A DNA stretch of 64,000 bases from an uncultured delta proteobacterium. Lineage in GTDB: Bacteria; Myxococcota_A; Polyangia; Fen-1088. A model generated the notes under the pieces. The model made no database searches. It saw only the letters and a list, made by a program, of their open reading frames with translations, and had not been told where the DNA came from. The stretch covers positions 437,557 to 501,556 of the forward strand of contig CAVWIP010000008.1 of NCBI GenBank assembly GCA_963755125.1, read 5' to 3'. Shown here in pieces: positions 19,445 to 28,901 of the stretch. Position 1 is the first letter of the stretch, and each line of letters opens with the position of its first letter. The translations under genes were made by a program, and so were the position numbers.

Positions 19445-20575
19445 ATGGAGACATCAGCATTCGTCAGGGCAGTTGCAGTGGCGTGTGTCAGCATGCTCGG
19501 GGCCGTGCTTCTAGTCCATTGCGGACCGAGCCAGCCCGTCGATGTTGTTCCCCCGCCAAGCGGGGGTAACGGGGGCAGTGAAAATGCGACCGGAGGCAGC
19601 GACATCGCGGGGCTGGGCGGAATGACAATCAACCTAAATCCGGCTGGGGCGGTGTCCCAACCGCAAGGAGGTCGGGACGCAGGGGATGCGTACGCCGGGG
19701 ATGCCAAGGCGTATCGCTGCGACGATGCTGGTAACTGCAACACCTGTCTCGCGATCCTCTCCCTGGGCCAGCCCGGGCAAACTGGTAGCTCGACTGGGGA
19801 CAACGGTGACACGGCTGCATTTCAAACTTACATGAACACCCAGACCAACGCCAAAATGACGATGTTGACGACATTCACGTCATTGACGGACTCACTTCTT
19901 AATCAGTACGACGTCGTGATCTTGCAAGCTCTGGAGGACAACGTAACCAGTTCGCAGACTTGGACCTATCAGGCGAGTGATATTGCCGCATTGGAAAGAT
20001 GGGTCAACGCCGGTGGCGCGATCATCGCGATGTCAGGATACGGGGGTAACTCGATAGAGGTGAAGCCGCTCAACCAGTTGCTGTCCTTTAGCGGGATCAC
20101 CTATGGCACGGCAAACACCTTCACGACGTGCCCGGACAATCTGTGCTCCTGCGCAGACGGCTCGATTCCGTTTAACAATTGGCTTGCGACTTATGCCGAC
20201 AATCCGGCGATCACCCACGATTTGAAGAAGGTCGGTATTTTCTACGGTCGGCCCGTCAATTGTTCCGGCTCGACTTGTCAAGTCTTCGCCGCAGATCCTT
20301 CCTCAGGGGGAGGGAATGTTGGTGTGGCACAAGTGGTTGGAAACGGTAGGATATTTGCCTGGGGTGACGAGTGGGTGACCTACACCAGCCAGTGGGGGTT
20401 GACGCCAACTCAATGGGACAACGCAAGCACCTACCCGCAATGCGCGGGGCATACCGCCGAGAGTAGCTACAGCGTGCCACAGTTCTGGAACAACGCCTTC
20501 AAATGGGTAGCTCCGAACGCTGGTTGCTTCACCATTACACAGCCATCCAACCCCAACCAACAAATAATTCCTTGA
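19445..20575 (+). CDS. Myxobacterial-type Cys-containing lipoprotein
   Basis: GAGG RBS, LLVHC lipobox, GRIFAWGDEWVTY. Confidence 0.75.
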   Translation: METSAFVRAVAVACVSMLGAVLLVHCGPSQPVDVVPPPSGGNGGSENATGGSDIAGLGGMTINLNPAGAVSQPQGGRDAGDAYAGDAKAYRCDDAGNCNTCLAILSLGQPGQTGSSTGDNGDTAAFQTYMNTQTNAKMTMLTTFTSLTDSLLNQYDVVILQALEDNVTSSQTWTYQASDIAALERWVNAGGAIIAMSGYGGNSIEVKPLNQLLSFSGITYGTANTFTTCPDNLCSCADGSIPFNNWLATYADNPAITHDLKKVGIFYGRPVNCSGSTCQVFAADPSSGGGNVGVAQVVGNGRIFAWGDEWVTYTSQWGLTPTQWDNASTYPQCAGHTAESSYSVPQFWNNAFKWVAPNAGCFTITQPSNPNQQIIP

Positions 20576-20740
20576 GCCGCTGCTCGCGCTCGTCGGATAC
20601 GCGCTGGCCATATTTCGGGATGGATTCCAGCGCGACCTTCTTCAGCAGCATGGTGACGGGGTTCACGTCTGACGCGAAAACGTCGTCACCCACGCGGAGA
20701 GCTTCGCGCCGGATCGCGCCACCAGCCGCAAATGTCCACG
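20572..20740 (-). pseudogene. DUF1156-type DNA methylase fragment
   Basis: FAAGGAIRREALRVGDDVFASDVNPV...IPKYG resembles a decayed DPFAGGGSIPLEALRxG...ASDLNPVA motif. Confidence 0.6.
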
Positions 20741-20908
20741 ACTGCGGCGCGCTCGTCCACCTGGCGAGGAATCCCGAACTCTGGAAGGCCAGAAGACGTG
20801 GGGGTTCATTGTGTCGGCCTCTTCTCGGTAACGCACGGAGGCGGTCATGCAGAGTGTTGTCATGAACGGCCACGTCACGCGAAAACCCAAATGATATTGG
20901 ACACCACT

Positions 20909-21110
20909 TCAGTCGACCGCGGCGTCGGGCACAAATACATCCACTGTCACCGTTTCCGTGACGGAACTACCCGCGGCGTTGGTCACGGTCAGAGTGTAGG
21001 TCGTCTCGTCTGACAAGGCGGGCGTGGGGACGTCAACCCCGCTGGTCACGCTCCCAATGCTGGGGTCGATGGCTCCGGTCCCGTCAGTGAAGGTCGCCGT
21101 CAATGTCGCT
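20909..21110 (-). pseudogene. Ig-like repeat fragment
   Basis: ATLTATFTDGTG...TTYTLTVTNAAG; joined to upstream sequence only through junction DNA. Confidence 0.55.
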
Positions 21111-21240
21111 GGCCAGGACCAACTTGAAGGCTTCAGTGCTCCACCCAACAGGCGAAGCTCACGGACGCCCTGACCAATATTGAACCACCACGAGCCACGA
21201 ACCCGCTTCGTCTTCATCGATCGATTTCTGGCACACGACG

Positions 21241-21354
21241 CGACCTGACCAAACCGATTGTCATTGTGCCTGTGCTCGCCGGCTTCCGTAGTGACTACTG
21301 CTGCACCGCGTCCTCGCTGAAGTTCCCGACGGATGGCCGTAGTAGCCGGCACGG
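21241..21354 (+). mobile_element. Third degenerate rve-element 3' end
   Basis: CGACCTGACC...GTGCCTGTGCTCGCCGG...GACTAC...CGGATGGCCGTAGTAGCC, homologous to 13999-14126. Confidence 0.7.
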
Positions 21355-22141
21355 GTGGAACACGAGGAAGCTGGCACGCAGTGGTACATACGATGTAGGT
21401 CCCTTCGGGACAGGTGCCCTGTGCTGAGTCTTCCTGGCCAGCATCGGCTGGGTTCCCTTGGGAATCCAGGCAGACGCCGTTCCGTGGACCCAAGTCACAT
21501 TGCTCACCTAGAGTCATCTCGAGAATCCCGTCCCCACAGTGGGGTGCCGCTCCCTCATCCACACCTGCATCCGAGGCACTCGCATCCATACCGGCATCTG
21601 CGACAACGGCATCTACACCTGCGTCTGAAACAGCCGCATCCACACCGCCATCTGTCCCATATCTGCATACAACGGATTGCAGACACAGCTGCTTGACGTA
21701 ACAGGTATTGGGGTAGTCGAAGCAGCCTTCATCGTTCCACGTTGTTTCTGTATCGCCAGGATTGCACGCCAGATCGTTGCAGTGCACACCTTCAGGCAGC
21801 ATGCACAGCGTTGCTGAGTTGAAACAAAACGGATATAGGGAATAGCACTCGCGCTCGGCTGGGCATAGGCCGTCTACCTGCTGGTCGTCTGGAGCGCACA
21901 GAAGCATCGACGTGCACTGAGGTGAAGGGCCAGTCTGGCCACCTTGGTTTGGAGAAGAACCGGCAATCGTGCCACCCAAGCCGCCTCCGGTGTTTTCGCT
22001 GCTTGTGCCACCCGTCTGGCCCCCGCCTGCCATTCCCCCACCATCTGGTGGACCGGTCAGGCTGCTGCATGCCAGTCCCACCAGGCCAGCTACGAAAAGG
22101 GCTGTCGGATTGGTAGGTATCTTGAACATGGGGACGAACAT
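21355..22141 (-). CDS. Cys-rich lipoprotein with a Myxococcus cysteine-rich repeat (3' end cut by the element end)
   Basis: GLAC lipobox, DAG repeats, CGDGILE...EQCDLG. Confidence 0.65.
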
Positions 22142-22199
22142 GGCTCAGATATTTGGGGGGGATGGGTAGGTTGATATTCCGTCCGGTGCTTTATCAAGG

Positions 22200-22397
22200 T
22201 CAAAAAGGCATCTTGCAATTCTTGGTGCACTCAATCGTACAGCCGGATTGCGCCGGGTTCCCCTGAGCATCGAAGCACACGCCGTTCAGTGGACCGAAGT
22301 CACACAGGCTCAGTCCCGCCGATGCCGGGATGATCATCTCCCGTGCGGTCCTCTTGAGGAAGCTCTCGATGCGCTGCCTGACATCCTGTTCCTTCAT
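22200..22397 (-). CDS. Small Cys-rich protein or deletion remnant
   Basis: MKEQDVRQRIESFLKRTAR...CDFGPLNGVCFDAQGNP, paralogous to CDLGPRNGVCLDSQGNP in the next gene. Confidence 0.5.
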   Translation of the reverse strand: MKEQDVRQRIESFLKRTAREMIIPASAGLSLCDFGPLNGVCFDAQGNPAQSGCTIECTKNCKMPF

Positions 22398-22447
22398 GAC
22401 CCCGGGAACATGGTACCGCTTTTCAGGTGCGGGGACGCAGGAAGAAG

Positions 22448-23380
22448 TCAGCGGGGATTGCCAGCGTCTGGGAGGGCGTATCGCCATGCTTCATAGATGC
22501 GAGCGAAGCCGTTGCGGTCTGAAACGAACAGGATATGGGTTCCGTCTTGCGAGAGCCACGGATCGCCCTCCCAGTAATCTGGTGTGTTGAGAGAAGCCAG
22601 GGGAATCGGTGTGCCGGAAAAGGGTACAGACACAGACGTTCGGCTGACCTGGAAGAGGTCGGATGTCTTGCCGTTGCTCGGGCCTCGAGAGCTCCAGACA
22701 AGGGATAGCGATTCGTTGAAGAGGGCAGGATCTTCGTCCTGGATGGTCGAGTTGATGCCCGAAAGGGCTTCGACATTTCCCCAGGCTCCCAGTGGGTCCG
22801 TGCGAGATGCGGAGTACAGGCTGTCGATAGCGGATGTGCCCCGCTCGGACTCAAAGACCATGAAGAGCCCCGTAGGATCTACGCTGGGTCCCATGTCCAG
22901 GGTCGAGGTGCCAAGCCCTAGCATTTCCGCAGGGGCACTCCATGGCTGGTCCCTGGCTGTCCGCTGGGAAACATAGAGCCGGTATCCAGCACCTGCTCGG
23001 TTGCTCGCGAAATAGAGCGTCAAACCGTTGGGGGAAATGTCTGGGTCCTCGTTGGTGCCAGAACTGGAAAGCTCGGTCACTATCGAGGCCGGGTTCCAGG
23101 CTGCATTGCTCGTGGTACGGGTGCTGGACCAGATTTGAAAATTCGCACCCGTCTCGCTGGAGGAGAAATAGATTTCCAGTTCATCGTCGGTGAGCGAAGG
23201 ATGGTGCTCGTAGGTATCATCACTGGTGAGGCCAGTCACCAGCGTTGGTGCGGAAAAGGCAGGCCACTCACCGGCATCCATATCTATGCCCATCTGGACT
23301 GCCACCACCCGGTCTGCCTTCATGCAGCCGATCCCACCGAGCAGCATCACGGCTACTGCTTCGATCTGACGGCTCTTCAT
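22448..23380 (-). CDS. PD40/TolB-like beta-propeller lipoprotein
   Basis: GGIGC lipobox; repeats PSLTDDELEIYFSS, PDISPNGLTLYFASNR, PWLSQDGTHILFVSDR. Confidence 0.85.
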   Translation of the reverse strand: MKSRQIEAVAVMLLGGIGCMKADRVVAVQMGIDMDAGEWPAFSAPTLVTGLTSDDTYEHHPSLTDDELEIYFSSSETGANFQIWSSTRTTSNAAWNPASIVTELSSSGTNEDPDISPNGLTLYFASNRAGAGYRLYVSQRTARDQPWSAPAEMLGLGTSTLDMGPSVDPTGLFMVFESERGTSAIDSLYSASRTDPLGAWGNVEALSGINSTIQDEDPALFNESLSLVWSSRGPSNGKTSDLFQVSRTSVSVPFSGTPIPLASLNTPDYWEGDPWLSQDGTHILFVSDRNGFARIYEAWRYALPDAGNPR

Positions 23381-23727
23381 ACTGCCGAGTATGACCTCAG
23401 TTTGTGAAGTATTGTAGGCTTCCCAGCCTCGGCGCCCTCCTACCATCACCTGACACCTGGCATCAGGACCGTCACCAGGCCGGACAACCCCTAGCGACCC
23501 GCCCCTTATTCCTCCTGCCTGAAAGGAGTGGCAAGGCAGCAGGAACTTGGAGCGGATCGCAGGAGCTTTGCGGTACCTGCTCGATGCGGATACCGTCAAA
23601 TCTGGAACCCCCTTATACCAGGTGCTGATCGAGTCGTGAACGGGTAGGGCTGCGAAGTTGAACTTGCGTGCCGGTCAGCGCGTGCTTTTCGGAAAGACAG
23701 TGGGCGTCGCGCCGTTCGCGCCGACCA

Positions 23728-24852
23728 CTATAGACGCTGGGTCCAGGTCGCCCCAGAGTCCACTGACGTGTAGACGTGGCCGTCGTAGTCCCCGTCCGCG
23801 GCGACGAACTTCATGCCGTCCGATGACGACGCCACGGAGACCCAGTTCAGCCGGGGAGCCGTCGCCTGGGTCCAGGTCGCCCCAGAGTCGGTTGAGGTGT
23901 AGATGTAGCCGTCGTAAATGCCGCTGAGGCACGCGCCGTTGGCCACAGCGACAAGCTTCGTCCCGTCAGATGACGACGCCACCGACGTCCATGCCTGCTG
24001 GGTACCAGTCTGCGTCCAGGTCGCCCCAGAGTCCGCCGACGTGTAGATGTAGCCGCAAGCGGGGTTGGTGTAGGGGTGGCCGCCGCTCACGGCGACGAGC
24101 TTTGTCCCGTCAGATGACGACGCCACCGACGTCCATGCCTGCTGGGTACCAGTCTGCGTCCAGATCCACCCGGAGCCAGACGTGTAGAGGTAGCTGTCAT
24201 AGGTCCCGGCGACGAAATTCGTCCCGTCTGATGACAACGCCACTGAATCCCAGTTCTGCTGGAACCCACTCTGCGTCCACGTCGCACCGGAGTCCGCCGA
24301 CGTGTAGATGTAGCCGCCGTAAACCACGGCGGCGAGCCTCGTACCGTCAGAGGACGACGCCACGGACGTCCAGTGCTGCTGGGTGCTAGTCTGGGTCCAG
24401 GTCGCCCCGGAGTCGACAGACGCGTAGATGTAGCCGCCATAGGTGACAGCGACGAGCTTCGTCCCGTCAGAGGACGACGCCACGGACTGCCAGTGCTGCA
24501 ATGGGCCTTCCTGGGTCCAGGTCGCCCCGGAGTTCACCGACGTGTAAATGTAGCCATGGTAGGCCACGGCGACGAGCGTCGTCCCGTCAGAGGACGACGC
24601 CACAGACTGCCATGCCTGCGCCGTACTGCTATTGCCAGCGGCGCCAATCGTTCCCAAATTCCCAGTCGTGCCGCCGGACGCGCTGGTGTTCCCACCGGCG
24701 GCGGTGTTCGTGCCCCCGATGCTGGAGGCCCCACTCCCGCCGCCGCTGGGCGGCGTTCCGTCCCCGTCGCTGCTACACCCTCCTGCCACGGTGACGATGA
24801 ATGCAAACACTACGGCCAATTTCATGAAGGCAGAACATACGCGATTCGCCAT
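23728..24852 (-). CDS. BNR/Asp-box 7-repeat beta-propeller lipoprotein
   Basis: GGAGG RBS; VAGGC lipobox; seven WxSVAxSSDG...YTSxDSGATW repeats. Confidence 0.88.
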   Translation of the reverse strand: MANRVCSAFMKLAVVFAFIVTVAGGCSSDGDGTPPSGGGSGASSIGGTNTAAGGNTSASGGTTGNLGTIGAAGNSSTAQAWQSVASSSDGTTLVAVAYHGYIYTSVNSGATWTQEGPLQHWQSVASSSDGTKLVAVTYGGYIYASVDSGATWTQTSTQQHWTSVASSSDGTRLAAVVYGGYIYTSADSGATWTQSGFQQNWDSVALSSDGTNFVAGTYDSYLYTSGSGWIWTQTGTQQAWTSVASSSDGTKLVAVSGGHPYTNPACGYIYTSADSGATWTQTGTQQAWTSVASSSDGTKLVAVANGACLSGIYDGYIYTSTDSGATWTQATAPRLNWVSVASSSDGMKFVAADGDYDGHVYTSVDSGATWTQRL

Positions 24853-24968
24853 GGTTCCTCCACAAATTGCGAGTCCCGCTGAGAGCACCACGGAAAGCCG
24901 CGAGAGGCGAAACAAAGAATGCGTCTGTCGTTCGGCATGAACTTGTCACCTCCCTGTCGGCGGTCACA

Positions 24969-26840
24969 CTAGCCTTGCAGATAGAAGATGCAGCCCCAAT
25001 ACGAGTTCACAGCATAGTCGTACAGCCAATAGTTCTCCACCATAGACACCGAGTTGCCGTTGAGCAGATCGGTCCAAATACCATTGGCCGGGAATGGGAT
25101 ATTGACGGTCTGGGGCCAGGCGGAGAAATTCAGCACCACCATGAAGCGTTCCAACTGCCCGGCCGCGTTGTTCCCCCAGCGGTGATAAATCACCACCTGC
25201 TTGTCAACGTCCAAGCCGTAACCGTCGGGGCTGAAATGATTCCATTGCTGGTCGTAGTTGTCTGGATAGAAGTTAGGCGTCCGCAGTCCCGGATGGCTCT
25301 GGCGGAGATGAAGCAAAAACTGGTACATGGCATAGACTGCCTGGCCCACGCTGTCCGTTGACTGGCTCCAGTCCAGCGGCCTGGGGCTGACACGCGGATG
25401 GTTGGCATCGTCGTCCCCCGGCTCCGGGAAACTCTGCGAGCGGCCGAATTCCTGCCCGTTGGCCAGGAGTACGGCGCCAGCGGAGGTGGCCAGCGCGATC
25501 ATGTAGGGCTGGACGCGGAACCACCAATCTCGCCCGCCGGCCTGAAAGGTCACGCTGGTATGGTCGTGGTTCTCGATATAGATGACCGGCCCGATCGGGA
25601 AGTTGTACTCGTACGCCGCGTTGAGAACGCGCAGATAGTCCGTCGTCGGCTGGTTGCCATACGGAAGATACGACATGGGCGAAGAGCGAAAGAGGTCGAA
25701 CCAGCCGTGCGTCGCGCCGATGGTGTTGGTGTCGTGGACGGCGTCGAAGTCCCAGGTGTCCTCGATCATGAGGGGGAAGACCGTATTGTTCTGGGTGGCC
25801 AGGTAGCTCTTGAGAACGCTCATCAGCGCCGTCGCGCCCTCCGAAGGATTCCCCGGAAAATCAAACCCGGAGACCTGATCGAAGCGGAACCCGTCCACGC
25901 TGAAACGGTCGATCCAGTACTGGCAGACATCGCCAATGAACTGGAGCGTGCAGCGGTTGGCGTATTGAAACGGGCTTCCGCCCGGCGTCGAGCTTGACTG
26001 GATGAAGGGGCACTGCGTGGGGTCCTGCCACAGCCATCTGTAGGGGAACCCTGCGGCGTTGTCGCTGTCGCCACCATCGGCGGCATGTTGCAGGACGATA
26101 TCCAATACCACCATGAGTCCGGCCTGGTGGCAGGCCGAAATCATGTCCCCGAGGCGGGAGAGCTTCTCCAGCGGATCGGTCGGATCGGTTATGTAGTTGT
26201 ACTCGGCCGAGAAGAAGTACGCGGGGTCGTAGCCCCAACTGAAGGTGTCCGAATCGGGCCAGGCGATCCAAGGCATGAACTCGATCGCGTTGGTGCCCAG
26301 GTTCTTGATGTAGGTGAGCTTGTCTGCCACTGCATCGACCGGGGCGCGACCATTCAGAAGGCCGGATGTGAAGTCGGAGATCATCAATTCGTAGAGGATC
26401 AGATCCTCTCCGCTCAATCGCTTGGCGGGGTCCAGCGGCGTGACCGAAACGGGCGACCCTCCGACGACAAAGGCGGAGTTGTCGGAATCGGTGCCGCCGT
26501 ATTTGGTGCAAGGATCGCCGACCTTACGCAAGGTTCCGTCCTGGAAAGTGACGAGGTATTTGTACTGGTAGTAGCCGTCGGGGAAGCCGGCGGGCAGCGC
26601 TGCGGTGAAAAGCAGGCCGTTTGGGTGCGGCTGGAGCGTCATCTTCAGCGGAGTGTTGGGATCCCAGTTTTGTGTTGAGAGTCCAGCCGCGATCTGGAAA
26701 TCGCCGAAGACGGCGACCGATGCGATGTTCGGGCTGCCGCCGCCCGTGTATTGCGCCGGGTCGATGGCGTTGTCAGGGACGAAGAGTTGAAAGCCATACT
26801 GGCCGCTTTGCCACTTGCTAAATCCGAAGGCTTCGTACAT
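24969..26840 (-). CDS. GH13 alpha-amylase-family glycosidase (branching enzyme/trehalohydrolase-like)
   Basis: WGYDP, LDIVLQH, DGFRFDQV, IED, ENHDH, GQEFG. Confidence 0.88.
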   Translation of the reverse strand: MYEAFGFSKWQSGQYGFQLFVPDNAIDPAQYTGGGSPNIASVAVFGDFQIAAGLSTQNWDPNTPLKMTLQPHPNGLLFTAALPAGFPDGYYQYKYLVTFQDGTLRKVGDPCTKYGGTDSDNSAFVVGGSPVSVTPLDPAKRLSGEDLILYELMISDFTSGLLNGRAPVDAVADKLTYIKNLGTNAIEFMPWIAWPDSDTFSWGYDPAYFFSAEYNYITDPTDPLEKLSRLGDMISACHQAGLMVVLDIVLQHAADGGDSDNAAGFPYRWLWQDPTQCPFIQSSSTPGGSPFQYANRCTLQFIGDVCQYWIDRFSVDGFRFDQVSGFDFPGNPSEGATALMSVLKSYLATQNNTVFPLMIEDTWDFDAVHDTNTIGATHGWFDLFRSSPMSYLPYGNQPTTDYLRVLNAAYEYNFPIGPVIYIENHDHTSVTFQAGGRDWWFRVQPYMIALATSAGAVLLANGQEFGRSQSFPEPGDDDANHPRVSPRPLDWSQSTDSVGQAVYAMYQFLLHLRQSHPGLRTPNFYPDNYDQQWNHFSPDGYGLDVDKQVVIYHRWGNNAAGQLERFMVVLNFSAWPQTVNIPFPANGIWTDLLNGNSVSMVENYWLYDYAVNSYWGCIFYLQG

Positions 26841-27071
26841 GGGGTGCCCCTTTCTGATCGCCCAAAGGATGAATGATCCACAGACGCCGCCGATCCGAGG
26901 AACATCCTGCCTTCCCTTGTCGCGAGATGCAAAGGAGCCAAGGGGGCGATCTCCATGGCGCGTTGGCCACGGAATCGTCAACCGGCGTGGTCGTTCTGCC
27001 ACCGTCGATAATGTTGGGGCGTCTGAACCGTCTCCCCCATGTCAGCCACCGGGCGTACAATGCTTGTCGGC

Positions 27072-28901
27072 ATGGCATCGAAACGCGCCCTCCTGGAACT
27101 CCTCTCCCGTGACGAACTGCTGGCAGCCGTCGACCTGTTCGGCGTCGAGGTCCCCGACCGGCGAGCCAAGGACGGTATTGTGGACGCCCTGGTTGCGTCG
27201 CGGAAGGTCAGCCTGGCCCAGGTTCTGGCGGACTTTCCGCGCGACCGGCTGAAGGATCTGTGCCGCTCGCTGTGCCTGGATGACGCAGGCCGAGAGAAGA
27301 CCGCCCTGATCGACCGGCTGACCGGCGCCAGCACCACCGTGGCGGCCGGCAACGGCAACGGCGTCGCCGCTGCCCAGCCCAGAACCAACGGCAAGCAGGC
27401 CACCGCCGCGCCGCCCACCGGCAAGCTCACCCGCGAGCAGCTTGAAGGCTACCTTTGGTCGGCCGCCGACATCCTGCGCGGGTCCATCGACTCGTCGGAC
27501 TACAAGAACTACATCCTCGGGCTCCTCTTCCTAAAACGGCTGTCGGACCGTTTCGGAGAGGAATGCGACACCTTGGTCGACGCTGGCGACGATCCCGAGG
27601 ACAAGGACAACCACCAGTTCTTCGTGCCCAGGCGGGCACGCTGGTCCGAGATCCAGAAGGCGGCCAGCAACATCGGCGAGGTTCTCAACAAGGCGTGTGC
27701 GGCCCTGGAGGACGGCAACCCCGCGCTCGACGGCGTGCTGGCCGGGATCGACTACAACGACGAGCAGAAGCTGGGCGACACCAAGAACCGCGACAACGTG
27801 CTGTCGCGCCTGGTGCAGCACTTTTCCGGCTGCAACCTGCGCAACGCCAACCTGTCCGAGCCGGATATGCTCGGCCGCGCCTACGAGTACCTGATCGAGA
27901 AGTTCGCCGACGACGCGGGCAAGAAGGGCGGCGAGTTCTACACGCCCAAGAAGGTGGTCGAGCTGATCGTCGAGATCTTGGCGCCCAAGGAAGGCATGCG
28001 CATCTGCGATCCGACCTGCGGCTCGGGCGGCATGCTGATCGAGTGCGCACGCCACCTGGAGCGGCACGGGCAGAACCCGAAAAACCTGTCGCTCTTCGGC
28101 CAGGAAAAGAACCTGGGCACCTGGGCCATCTGCCAGATGAACATGCTGTTGCATGGGATCACGTCCCACATCTTCAAGGGCGACACCATCCGCGATCCGA
28201 AGCTGGTCGATGGCGGCGAGCTGCGCCTCTACGACCGGGTGATCGCCAATCCGCCCTTCTCGCTGGATGACTGGGGCCGCGAGGTGGCCGAGCACGATCC
28301 CTGGGGCCGTTTTCGCTTCGGCATCCCGCCCAAGACCAAGGGCGACCTGGCCTTTGTCCAGCACATGATCGCCACCCTGAACCTGCACGGCCAGCTTGGC
28401 GTGGTCATGCCCCATGGCGTGCTTTTCCGTGGCGCGGCCGAGGGCGAGATCCGGCAAGGCATCTTGAAGGAAGACCTGGTCGAGGCCGTGATCGGCCTGC
28501 CGCCCAACCTGTTCTACGGCACCGGCATCCCGGCCGCGATCTTGATCATGAATCGCGAAAAGAGGCGCGAGCGCAAGGCCAAGGTGCTGTTCATCGAGGC
28601 GTCGCGGGAGTTCCGCGAGGGCAGCGCCCAGAACTACCTGCGCGACGAGGACGTGAAGAAGATCGCCGCCACCTTCCACGCCTGGAAAGACGTGCCCAAG
28701 TACGCGCGGGTTGTGGACCTGGCCGAGATCGAGAAGAACGACTTCAACCTGAACATCAGCCGCTACGTGGAAACCACCGAGGCCGCCGAGAAGGTCGATG
28801 TGGCTGCCGCCATCGCCAAGCTGCGCGAGGCAGAGAAGAAACGTGCCGAGGCTGAGGCGAAGATGAACGGGTTCTTGAAGGAGCTGGGGTATGACGCCTG
28901 A
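27072..28901 (+). CDS. hsdM: Type I R-M methyltransferase with N-terminal extension
   Basis: LWSAADILRG, GEFYTP, DPTCGSGG, ANPPF, PHGVLFRG. Confidence 0.96.
   Translation: MASKRALLELLSRDELLAAVDLFGVEVPDRRAKDGIVDALVASRKVSLAQVLADFPRDRLKDLCRSLCLDDAGREKTALIDRLTGASTTVAAGNGNGVAAAQPRTNGKQATAAPPTGKLTREQLEGYLWSAADILRGSIDSSDYKNYILGLLFLKRLSDRFGEECDTLVDAGDDPEDKDNHQFFVPRRARWSEIQKAASNIGEVLNKACAALEDGNPALDGVLAGIDYNDEQKLGDTKNRDNVLSRLVQHFSGCNLRNANLSEPDMLGRAYEYLIEKFADDAGKKGGEFYTPKKVVELIVEILAPKEGMRICDPTCGSGGMLIECARHLERHGQNPKNLSLFGQEKNLGTWAICQMNMLLHGITSHIFKGDTIRDPKLVDGGELRLYDRVIANPPFSLDDWGREVAEHDPWGRFRFGIPPKTKGDLAFVQHMIATLNLHGQLGVVMPHGVLFRGAAEGEIRQGILKEDLVEAVIGLPPNLFYGTGIPAAILIMNREKRRERKAKVLFIEASREFREGSAQNYLRDEDVKKIAATFHAWKDVPKYARVVDLAEIEKNDFNLNISRYVETTEAAEKVDVAAAIAKLREAEKKRAEAEAKMNGFLKELGYDA

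Noticed and set aside
20909..22141. Single 410-aa protein
   Set aside because: Read-through chimera of a Cys-rich gene, an element end and an Ig-like fragment
23740..24610. Regularly spaced repeats resembling a CRISPR array
   Set aside because: They are in-frame coding repeats of a beta-propeller; the intervening segments are homologous and there are no cas genes
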